32,000 nucleotides of DNA from Candidatus Iainarchaeum sp. (GCA_028713935.1 JAQTNI010000001.1:30001-62000), one strand, 5' to 3'. Positions 17,572 to 24,772 are shown, counted from the first letter of the stretch. Notes: generated by a model not told the origin, from the letters alone. Numbers and translations: made by a program.

Positions 17572-17765
17572 GCAGAGGTGGCAGAACTTGGTAAATGCGC
17601 CGGCCTTGAGAAGCCTTTCTTTCTAAAGAAAGAAAGCCTTGGGAAAGAAACAGTTTGGCTCTGCCAAACTGTAGTTCGCTTCGCTTACATTAGAAAAAAA
17701 GATTATTATTTTTCAGGCGAGCCGGTGTCCGAAAGGGCGCGTGGGTTCAAATCCCATCCTCTGCG
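17572..17765 (+). tRNA. tRNA-Ser(UGA), class II, with a ~109-nt intron (~17611-17719)
   Basis: Hand fold. Acceptor GCAGAGG/CCTCTGC with discriminator G. Anticodon stem CCGGC/GCCGG with loop CT-TGA-G(A). Long variable arm GTCC-GAAA-GGGC. T arm GTGGG-TTCAAAT-CCCAT. Confidence 0.8.
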
Positions 17766-17777
17766 CAATCTTTTTTT

Positions 17778-18143
17778 TTATTTTGCTGTTTTTACCCATG
17801 TTTCTGCAGAGTTTTTTTTGGGGTTGAAATAAAACCCGATTTCAAGAAGAGCCCGGCTTGTTTCATCGCCTTTTTTGTTTTTGATTGTGATAACAAGTTC
17901 ATGCTCAAGGCTGCCTGGCTTTAAGAGCGATTCAATCTGCCTTTTTATAAAACTTGTTGCCTCTTTTTCAGGGGCATTCTCTAAAATCCGTGAGTGAGTT
18001 GCTTCCAAAAAATATGGCGCAGGGTTTGTGCTGAAAAAAGTTTTCAGCTTCGCCTCTAATTCATTGAAAGAGGAAAAATCCCCTGTCCAGGTTAATTTTG
18101 TTTTCAATTGACCACAAAAAGCATTTTTGCAGAAGCAATTCAT
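17778..18143 (-). CDS. Hypothetical protein
   Basis: 121-aa ORF with no better competing ORF. No family recognised. Confidence 0.4.
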   Translation of the reverse strand: MNCFCKNAFCGQLKTKLTWTGDFSSFNELEAKLKTFFSTNPAPYFLEATHSRILENAPEKEATSFIKRQIESLLKPGSLEHELVITIKNKKGDETSRALLEIGFYFNPKKNSAETWVKTAK

Positions 18144-18149
18144 TCAGGA

Positions 18150-18425
18150 TTATTTTCTGCCTTTTTTTGCATGTTCCAAATATTTCTGATGGCAGTCTTC
18201 AGAGCAAAATCCCCGCAGGAACATTACTGTTCCGTCATCAGTGATGTCCTTGTCGCAATGCATGCATCTTTTGTTTTTTTTAAGGCCAAATTTGTCGTAA
18301 TATGGCTTGTCAGTAATTATTGGCAAATTCCCACCTCGTATAGAACCAGCTGCAATAATCTTAAAAATCTGAATCTTTTGGGGATTTCTGCTCTTGTTGC
18401 ATTTATTTGTATCCACCATCAACAA
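18150..18425 (-). CDS. Small protein with a C-terminal TRASH/FCS-like zinc finger
   Basis: 91-aa ORF. Cys pattern CMHCDKDI...FCSEDCHQKY (CxxC-x19-C-x3-C). The start overlaps the SDR gene end, so it may be internal. Confidence 0.45.
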   Translation of the reverse strand: MLMVDTNKCNKSRNPQKIQIFKIIAAGSIRGGNLPIITDKPYYDKFGLKKNKRCMHCDKDITDDGTVMFLRGFCSEDCHQKYLEHAKKGRK

Positions 18426-19134
18426 TCAGGGTTGTTCCTGTGATATAGCTTGCATCATCGGATGCCAAAAAGAGAACTGCCCTTGCCACTTCTTCAGGTT
18501 TTGCCCATCTTTTGAGCCAAATTTTTTCAGTTTCTTTTTCAATGTATTTTTTTGGCAAGTTTTTGTTCATTGCGGTATCAATCCATCCCGGAGCAACTGA
18601 ATTTACAAGAATATTGGGGGCAAGGGCTTCAGCCAATGTTTTTGTTAAACTGATTACTCCTGCTTTCGCAGCAGCATAATCCATGGAATCAGGGTTTTGA
18701 GAATTTATCCCGCTTGTGGAAGAGATATTCACAATTTTGCCTTTTTTCATGAAAGGAAGAACCGCTTTTGCCACCAAAAAAGGCCCAATAAGGTTGACAG
18801 CAAGGGTTTTTTGCCATTGCTCAATAGTCTTTTCCTTAAAGGGAATGTCAAAAACAATTCCTGCATTGTTTACTAAAATGTCAATTTTTCCAAATTTTTT
18901 TCCAACTTCGCTTGCCATTCTTTTTACATCGCTTTCATTTGAAATGTCGGCTTTGACAAAAATTGCATCGCTGCCCAGTGCCTTCAATTCTTCCAAAACC
19001 TTTTTTGCTTCAAGTTCAGAATTGTCACAATTAATTGCAATTTTTGCGCCTTCTTTTGCAAATAGCACAGCACAAGCCTTGCCGATTCCCCTGCTTGCGC
19101 CAGTAATCAGAACTGTTTTATCCTTAAATCGCAT
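18403..19134 (-). CDS. Short-chain dehydrogenase/reductase, FabG-like
   Basis: Start taken at MRFKDKTVLITGASRGIGKA (19134). Has NNAG and the catalytic YAAAKAG (YxxxK). Confidence 0.85.
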   Translation of the reverse strand: MRFKDKTVLITGASRGIGKACAVLFAKEGAKIAINCDNSELEAKKVLEELKALGSDAIFVKADISNESDVKRMASEVGKKFGKIDILVNNAGIVFDIPFKEKTIEQWQKTLAVNLIGPFLVAKAVLPFMKKGKIVNISSTSGINSQNPDSMDYAAAKAGVISLTKTLAEALAPNILVNSVAPGWIDTAMNKNLPKKYIEKETEKIWLKRWAKPEEVARAVLFLASDDASYITGTTLIVDGGYK

Positions 19135-19189
19135 ATATAGTTTTATGAGGTTGTTAGCCCTTAAAAAAGTTTCTGCAATTGATAGAATC

Positions 19190-19912
19190 ATGGAACGCTT
19201 CTGGGAAATTGATTTTCTGCGCGGAATAGCAATAATAATGATGATACTGTTTCATTTGCTGTTTGACATTGCTTTTTTCACTAGCATCAAAGTTCCTGTT
19301 GATTCCGGCTTCTGGTTCTGGTTTGCAAGGGCAACAGCAGCAATTTTCATTCTCCTTGTGGGAATTTCCCTCACAATAAGCCATCAGCGCACAATTGAAT
19401 CAGGTGGCAAGGCGGGAAAAAAATTTTTTAAAAGAGGCACAAAAATATTTTGTTATGGCTTGTTGATAACAATTATTACCTGGATTTTCTTTCCAGGCGA
19501 ATTCATTATTTTTGGAATACTGCATTTTATTGGAATTTCAATAATAATTTCCCAGTTGTTTTTCAATTGGAAATGGAAAAACCTATTGCTTGGAATGGCC
19601 CTTTTTCTTTCAGGGCTTTTTCTGCAGAATTTTTCCTTTAATTTTCCCTGGCTATTATGGCTTGGATTTAAGCCGGAACAATTTGCAACTTTTGATTATT
19701 TTCCCTTATTGCCCTGGTTTGGCCTTGTTTTAATTGGCCTGTTTGCAGGCAACCTTCTTTATCCAAAAGCAAAAAGGGCTTTCAGAATTCCGGAACTTGG
19801 AAAAAAGCTTTTTGCAAGAGAACTATGCTGGCTTGGCAAGCATTCCCTTGCAATCTATTTGCTGCACCAGCCGATTCTTGTTGCAATAATGCTAATTTTG
19901 AAAACAGCCTAA
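19190..19912 (+). CDS. DUF1624 / heparan-alpha-glucosaminide N-acetyltransferase-like membrane acyltransferase
   Basis: The real start is MERFWEIDFLRGIAIIMMILFH (ATG 19190). The part of the track ORF upstream of this is the antisense shadow of the SDR gene. Multi-TM. Confidence 0.75.
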   Translation: MERFWEIDFLRGIAIIMMILFHLLFDIAFFTSIKVPVDSGFWFWFARATAAIFILLVGISLTISHQRTIESGGKAGKKFFKRGTKIFCYGLLITIITWIFFPGEFIIFGILHFIGISIIISQLFFNWKWKNLLLGMALFLSGLFLQNFSFNFPWLLWLGFKPEQFATFDYFPLLPWFGLVLIGLFAGNLLYPKAKRAFRIPELGKKLFARELCWLGKHSLAIYLLHQPILVAIMLILKTA

Positions 19913-21721
19913 TCATTCCCATTCAATTGTTCCCGGCGGCTTATGCGTAATGTCATAAAAAACACCTGAAACAGGGAATTTTTGCATTATTTCCAGAGCC
20001 ATTTTTTCCAAAAACTTTTTTTCAATTCTTGCAAATTTAGCTGTCATTGCTTCCCTGCTGAAAACAGGCCTTAAAACAACAGAATCAAGGTTTTTTCCAT
20101 TAACAGAAACAGGAATCAAAACAATTGGGAACTGCCAGATTTTATTGTACAATTTTTTCTTTTCAATTGCTTTCAATGCAAAATCATCAATTTCCTGCAA
20201 AAGAAAAATTCTTTCTTTTTCCAAAAAACCTTTTTTCAATGCAACAGAAACAATTTTTTTTGGCTGCAAGGCAAAAACAACCCTGCTTATTCCTCCAATA
20301 GAATTAGTGATTCCAGTTGAAGTTTTTTCAAGCAAATCCCAGTCAAGCTTCCCCTCAATAACAGCTGCATTCCTATAACTCCTTGAATCCCCCTGAACAC
20401 CAACAGATTTTATTGGCAAAACTTTTCCCTTATAACCCTTCTTTGAAGCGATTTCATCAAGGCTTTTTTGCAGTTCAATATTCTCCTCTGCTTCTTCTTT
20501 TTCAGAGCAAAGAATCCTGATTGCAAGCCCAGGCCCCGGAAAAGGATGCCTAGAAATCATTTTAGCAGGCAAGCCAAGCTTTTTTCCAAGCTCTCTCACT
20601 TCATCCTTATACAATTCCCTAATCGGTTCAATTACTTTTCCATCCTCAATCATCTGCTTTATTGATTCAACCCTGTTATGATGAGTCTTGATATGGGAAG
20701 CAAGCTTTGTTCCTGCGCTTTCAATTGTATCAGGATAAATAGTTCCCTGCCCCAAAAGCCACTGCCCCGCATTCAAATCAAGCCTTTCCAAATTTTCATT
20801 CACAATTTTTACAAAAAGATTTCCAATTATTTTTCTCTTTTCTTCCGGTTCAACCACGCCTTTCAATGAACCAATAAACTCATTGCTTGCATCCAAAAGC
20901 TTCACATTCAATCCCTGTTTTGCAAAAACACTCATTATTTCCCTGCTCTCGTTTTTTCTCATAAAACCAGTGTCAACATGCAAAGCAAGAATCCTTTTGC
21001 TTCCAAGAGCCTTTTTCAAAAGCACAAGAGCAACAGTGCTGTCTACTCCTCCAGAAGCAAGCAAAAAAACATTTTTTCCCTTTGCAAAAGCCCTTATTTC
21101 CAGAACTTTCTGTTCCACAAAATTCCTGATTGTCCAGGAACCAGAACAATTGCATTCCTTCAAAACAAAATTTTTCAGAATTTTCATTCCAAACCTTGTA
21201 TGAGTAACCTCAGGATGAAACTGCAAACCAAAAATCTTTTTTTCAAAATCAGCCATTGCAGCAATGTCACAATCAGAAGTAGAGCCAATAACCTCAAAGC
21301 CTTCAGGCAAGGCACTTACAAAGTCTCCATGGCTCATCCAGACATTTGTTGCAGCAGGCAAAGAAGAAAAAATTCCCTTGTTGCCTTTTTTATGCAAAGA
21401 AGCAACCCCATACTCCCTTACACCTGCTCTTTCAACTTTTCCGCCCAACTCTTTTGCAAGCAACTGATGCCCATAACAAATTCCCAGAATCGGAATTCCC
21501 AAAGAAAAAACTTTTTTATCCAAAACAGGGGCTTTTTCATCATAAACGCTTGCAGGCCCGCCGCTTAAAATAATTCCCCTAAACCTCTTGAATTCTTCTA
21601 TTGCAGAATCAGGAGCAATTATCTCTGAAAAAACATTCAGTTGCCTTACTCTTCTTGCAATCAAATGGGCATATTGCCCGCCAAAATCAACAACAGCAAT
21701 TGTTTCCTTTGAAGAAACCAT
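19913..21721 (-). CDS. guaA: GMP synthase (glutamine-hydrolysing), single-chain long form
   Basis: 602-aa ORF. GATase motifs GICYGHQ and FHPE. ATP-PPase P-loop SGGVDSTV. C-terminus KPPGTIEWE. The extra segment with VGVQGDSRSY resembles eukaryote-type GMPS. Confidence 0.95.
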   Translation of the reverse strand: MVSSKETIAVVDFGGQYAHLIARRVRQLNVFSEIIAPDSAIEEFKRFRGIILSGGPASVYDEKAPVLDKKVFSLGIPILGICYGHQLLAKELGGKVERAGVREYGVASLHKKGNKGIFSSLPAATNVWMSHGDFVSALPEGFEVIGSTSDCDIAAMADFEKKIFGLQFHPEVTHTRFGMKILKNFVLKECNCSGSWTIRNFVEQKVLEIRAFAKGKNVFLLASGGVDSTVALVLLKKALGSKRILALHVDTGFMRKNESREIMSVFAKQGLNVKLLDASNEFIGSLKGVVEPEEKRKIIGNLFVKIVNENLERLDLNAGQWLLGQGTIYPDTIESAGTKLASHIKTHHNRVESIKQMIEDGKVIEPIRELYKDEVRELGKKLGLPAKMISRHPFPGPGLAIRILCSEKEEAEENIELQKSLDEIASKKGYKGKVLPIKSVGVQGDSRSYRNAAVIEGKLDWDLLEKTSTGITNSIGGISRVVFALQPKKIVSVALKKGFLEKERIFLLQEIDDFALKAIEKKKLYNKIWQFPIVLIPVSVNGKNLDSVVLRPVFSREAMTAKFARIEKKFLEKMALEIMQKFPVSGVFYDITHKPPGTIEWE

Positions 21722-21774
21722 GAAAAAGTCAGGGCAAGAATCTTTTTAAATAAGATTCCTAAAAATAAACTATT

Positions 21775-22011
21775 ATGTTATCAATAAAATTGCCTAAACA
21801 AAAAGGCAAAACAAGCAAAATTCTTGATTCACAAGGCAAAGAAGTCATTTTTAATTGCCCAAAATGCAACATTCCAATGCAACGGGGAAAAGAAAAATTT
21901 GACAAAGACAATTTTGGAGTAGCAAAGCTTACCTGCAAAAAATGTGGCAATGTACTTTATGATTTTATGATTCCAAAAGAATCTTTTTTTGAACAAGGAG
22001 AAGCAGAATAA
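21775..22011 (+). CDS. Small zinc-ribbon protein
   Basis: 78-aa ORF with CPKC...CKKC. Confidence 0.45.
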   Translation: MLSIKLPKQKGKTSKILDSQGKEVIFNCPKCNIPMQRGKEKFDKDNFGVAKLTCKKCGNVLYDFMIPKESFFEQGEAE

Positions 22012-22085
22012 TCGCCTTTTAATTTTTCCAAAGCCCCAAGCACCTTTTTATTTAAATATTTGCACAACTTATTATTTCAAGCAAT

Positions 22086-22331
22086 GCGGGGGTGGCAGAG
22101 CGGTCTAATGCGCACGCCTGGAAAGGCCTTTTCTTGCAAGCAAGAAAAGCCCTGGGAAAAGAACAATTTGCTTTGCAAATTGGTTGATTCCCCGGTTCTC
22201 CCCAAAGGATAATTTCAGTTAGAAATTTTTTTCTTTGGGGTGGACTGCAGACCTTTCTTTTTATTAAAAAGAAAGGGATATAGAGAGCGTGTTCTCGAAA
22301 GGGAGCGCGAGTTCAAATCTCGTCCCCCGCG
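22086..22331 (+). tRNA. tRNA-Ser(GGA), class II, with a ~162-nt intron (~22124-22285)
   Basis: Hand fold. Acceptor GCGGGGG/CCCCCGC with discriminator G. Anticodon stem CACGC/GCGTG with loop CT-GGA-AA. Variable arm TTCTCGAAAGGGAGC. T arm GCGAG-TTCAAAT-CTCGT. Confidence 0.8.
22311..22331 (+). repeat. att copy 1: the functional 3' end of tRNA-Ser(GGA), GTTCAAATCTCGTCCCCCGCG
   Basis: Exact 21-mer (22 nt counting the following T), shared with 23668-23688 and 25187-25207. Confidence 0.9.
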
Positions 22332-22421
22332 TTAAACGAAAAGTTCAAATCCAATTGAACGGAAAATTCAAAAAAGAAGCTTTTTTATTTTGCTTGGAGC
22401 ATAATTGTTATTGGTGGTATA

Positions 22422-22643
22422 ATGGATCAAACTTTTAAGGTTGTGATTGAGAACGGCATGGACGGTTATTTAATTGCAGAAGTTCCAGAATTGCCAGGTT
22501 GCTATTCTCAAGGAAAAACCATGGAAGAGCTTTTAGGCAATATTAAAGAGGCAATTGAACTCTATTTGGAATCGCTGCAAGAACTGGATAAAAAACCAGA
22601 AAAACGGTTTGTTGAAATAAAAGAAGTTGTCGTAAATGCCTAA
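22422..22643 (+). CDS. hicB: HicB-family antitoxin, N-terminal (UPF0150) domain only
   Basis: 73-aa ORF. GYLIAEVPELPGCYSQGKTMEELLGNIKEAIELYLE is a typical HicB_N core. No C-terminal DNA-binding domain. Confidence 0.85.
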   Translation: MDQTFKVVIENGMDGYLIAEVPELPGCYSQGKTMEELLGNIKEAIELYLESLQELDKKPEKRFVEIKEVVVNA

Positions 22644-22863
22644 GCTCAAGCTGCTTGCGCCAAAAGAACTAATAAAAATCATTGAAAAACTCGGCTTCAA
22701 GTTTTTACGGCAAAAAGGAAGCCACGCAACCTTTGTCCATCCAGACGGAAGAATGACAGTAATACCAATACACAGCAACTCAAAAATAGATAGAGGATTG
22801 CTCTTGAAAATAATAAAAAAAGAACTGCAAATGGAAAGGCAAGAATTCGAAATATTATTGTAA
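22636..22863 (+). CDS. hicA: HicA-family mRNA interferase toxin
   Basis: 75-aa ORF. KELIKIIEKLGFKFLRQKGSHATFVHPDGRMTVIPIH is a canonical HicA core. Overlaps hicB by 8 nt. Confidence 0.85.
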   Translation: MPKLKLLAPKELIKIIEKLGFKFLRQKGSHATFVHPDGRMTVIPIHSNSKIDRGLLLKIIKKELQMERQEFEILL

Positions 22864-22904
22864 AAAAGGGCTGTGTTATAAATTGTCCGAAATGCAAGAA
22901 GAAA

Positions 22905-23173
22905 ATGGTTGAGGAAAAAGGCGAAACTCCCGAAGGCGCTACATACCATTATCACAAGTGTCCTAACTGCTGCGAGGAAATAGTTGACATGAAACAGTTG
23001 CACGCTGTTGCACAGCAATACAGGGAAATGAAAAAATACACTGCAAAAATCAGCAAATGGGGAGAAGCCTCGGCATAAGAATTCCAAAAGAACTCGCAGA
23101 ACAACACTCCCTGAAACAAAACGGCGAAGTAACCTTGGTTCCGGAAAAAAAAGCAATAAAAATAGTTGCATAA
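22905..23173 (+). pseudogene. Zn-ribbon (YgiT-like) plus AbrB/SpoVT-type domain gene, apparently split by a 1-nt frameshift in a GGGG run near 23059-23062
   Basis: Frame A (22905-23078) reads ...HKCPNCCEE...KISKWGEASA*. Frame C (23057-23173) reads MGRSLGIRIPKELAEQHSLKQNGEVTLVP. Joining them gives KWG-RSLGIRIPKE, the usual AbrB/MazE start. The upstream CPKC (22884-22895) has no canonical start codon. Confidence 0.5.
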
Positions 23174-23238
23174 AACGAAGCCAGAAAGTGCTTGGGCTGA
23201 TTCAAAAGATAAATATAAAAATACGGGAAGTGCAATAT

Positions 23239-23631
23239 ATGGCCATGGCACGAACACTCAAACAAAGAAAAAACCGAAGAAAAACAGGTGGCGTACTTGC
23301 TGTCAGCCCCAATCCACGTGAGGTATATCGTGAAGCTGATGGTTGGAGTGTTTTTCCAGATGTTCGGTACTATGTGCCTGGTAAGCGCATGACTAATTTT
23401 CAAGTGGCTCTCCGATTTTCCAATAAAAAAGGTTCCGATCGTTGGCGCTATAACCAATTTTTGAAACAACATGGTTTTATGGTAACAATGGGCGGTGATA
23501 TTGTAAAGTCGCTTCCCGGCAAGAAATTTAGAATGCTAACAAAAACAGAGAAAGACAAAGTGTTACGCTTGTTAAAGTCGGGCTGGGCAGTATCTTATGG
23601 CCCAAGGCCAAAAAATACACGACAAAAATAA
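23239..23631 (+). CDS. att-proximal small basic protein, family copy 1 (unknown function)
   Basis: 130 aa from ATG 23239 (the track ORF starts at GTG 23188). Roughly half its positions are identical by eye to the ORF at 24773-25150 (KNRRKTGGVL, FPDVRY, RFSNKxGSDRWxYNQFLK, GDIVKxLPGxKFR, SGWAxxYGPxPK). A TATA-like ATAAATATAAAA lies ~25 nt upstream. Confidence 0.65.
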   Translation: MAMARTLKQRKNRRKTGGVLAVSPNPREVYREADGWSVFPDVRYYVPGKRMTNFQVALRFSNKKGSDRWRYNQFLKQHGFMVTMGGDIVKSLPGKKFRMLTKTEKDKVLRLLKSGWAVSYGPRPKNTRQK

Positions 23632-23667
23632 CCTGATGCTTGTCACGCGCATCATTAACGGCATAGT

Positions 23668-23688
23668 GTTCAAATCTCGTCCCCCGCG
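23668..23688 (+). repeat. att copy 2 (junction between E1 and E2)
   Basis: Exact GTTCAAATCTCGTCCCCCGCG. The preceding bases differ from the tRNA T-stem (TAGTG against GCGAG). Confidence 0.9.
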
Positions 23689-23742
23689 TGTTTTTATTTC
23701 ATAAACAATATGTTTTTAAATTGAAAACAGAATGTTTTTATT

Positions 23743-24285
23743 ATGCTTGCGAGTGAATTGTTTTCTTCAAAGGAGAGAATTGGGCTTATCAAGATTCTTT
23801 TTTATACGCCCAATTTGGAATTAAAAGTTAGGTCTCTTGCTCGGTTTGCAAAAGTAAGCCCTGCTCTTGTTTCCGGCACGATTGCGATTCTTAAGAAACA
23901 AGGAGCTATAAACAAAGGCAAAATTGATTTGTTGCATCCTTCTGCAAGGGCCTTGAAAATACTATTGAATATTGAAAGCCTCACCTCTGCCAAATTTGTT
24001 CCTGAAATAAGAAGCATTTTCAAGGATTGCAATGGCATTGGTTTGTATGGTAGTTGGGCAAACGGAACCAATTCAAAAGACAGTGATTTGGATTTTTGGG
24101 TAAAATCAGAATCTGAAAGCGAGGAAAAGTCGGCTAAAATAAGTCGTTTTGTTAAGCAGAAGCTTGGCTTGGAAGCCAGCATAATTATTCTTACACAAAA
24201 AAGGCTGAAAGAATTGAAAGAAAAGGATTTTGTTTTTTATTCAATGCTGTACAATTGTTTTTTGTTGTGGGGCGAAGGAATATGA
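23743..24285 (+). CDS. Nucleotidyltransferase (MNT-type antitoxin-like) with an N-terminal winged-helix domain
   Basis: 180-aa ORF. NTase motif GLYGSWANGTNSKDSDLDFWV (GSx..SDxD). The stop overlaps the next start in ATGA (24282-24285). Confidence 0.8.
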   Translation: MLASELFSSKERIGLIKILFYTPNLELKVRSLARFAKVSPALVSGTIAILKKQGAINKGKIDLLHPSARALKILLNIESLTSAKFVPEIRSIFKDCNGIGLYGSWANGTNSKDSDLDFWVKSESESEEKSAKISRFVKQKLGLEASIIILTQKRLKELKEKDFVFYSMLYNCFLLWGEGI

Positions 24286-24698
24286 TTGATTTTAATGAGT
24301 GCCTTGCAAAAGGCCTTTTGGCAAGAATTCCCGCTTCAAGGGAAAAAGCTTTGCAGAGTATTGAGAAAGCAAAAGAACTATTGGAAGAAGCAAAAGCAAG
24401 CCTTGAAGAGGAAAGAATCAATTCCACAGTAATAGTTGCCTATCTTGCAATTTTTCATGCTGCAAGGGCACTGCTTTTCAAAGATGGTTACAGGGAAAAA
24501 AGCCACGAATGCGTAATCCGCTATCTGGAAGAAAAATATCCTGAAATAAAACCAGGGCAGATTGAAGCCTTGGAAAAATACAAAAGTGAAAGAACCCACA
24601 CACAATACGATGTGAGTTATAATCCAAGCGAAGAACAAGCAGAAAAAATGATAAAATTCACGGAAAAATTCATCCAAACAATAGAAGAAATGATTTAA
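24282..24698 (+). CDS. HEPN-domain protein (toxin-like partner of the nucleotidyltransferase)
   Basis: 138 aa from ATG 24282. AYLAIFHAARALLFKDGYREKSHECVIRYLEE is a typical HEPN helix pair. Translationally coupled to the NTase gene. Confidence 0.75.
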   Translation: MIDFNECLAKGLLARIPASREKALQSIEKAKELLEEAKASLEEERINSTVIVAYLAIFHAARALLFKDGYREKSHECVIRYLEEKYPEIKPGQIEALEKYKSERTHTQYDVSYNPSEEQAEKMIKFTEKFIQTIEEMI

Positions 24699-24772
24699 GC
24701 TGGTTCGCTTCTATGCCTTGTTTTTTGGAAAATTATAAATATGGGCATGTGCTTAATACTATTGGTAGTTTA

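Larger units (their letters stand above)
22332..23688 (+). mobile_element. Integrated mini-element E1 (~1.36 kb): hicB-hicA, decayed Zn-ribbon/AbrB gene, small basic protein gene, att copy
   Basis: Bounded by exact direct repeats of the tRNA 3' end. Carries an addiction module. Its right-end module is homologous to that of E2. Confidence 0.65.

Noticed and set aside
17314-17832. ORFs of 85 aa (minus) and 158 aa (plus) covering the tRNA-Ser(UGA) region
   Set aside because: They overlap a well-folding tRNA gene, its intron and the hairpin modules, so the open frames are incidental.
18141-18425. The Zn-finger ORF (18150-18425) and the following 121-aa ORF as one gene interrupted by a stop, since both are in the same frame
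   Set aside because: Two stop codons (TAA at 18150-18152 and TGA at 18144-18146) separate them, followed directly by ATG. The shared frame is most simply coincidence between adjacent genes.
18716-19189. N-terminal 158 codons of the 398-aa plus-strand track ORF
   Set aside because: This part is the antisense shadow of the SDR gene. The DUF1624 homology begins at ATG 19190.
17455-22285. Box C/D or H/ACA guide RNAs hidden in the long tRNA introns
   Set aside because: I found no RUGAUGA/CUGA box pairs and no ACA-terminated pseudouridylation-pocket hairpins in the three introns.
22533-23472. Minus-strand ORFs of 212, 101 and 140 aa across element E1
   Set aside because: They are antisense to hicA, the AbrB remnant and the conserved small protein. 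Their sequences are F/L/C-rich and unlike real proteins. The plus-strand genes have recognisable families or a paralog.
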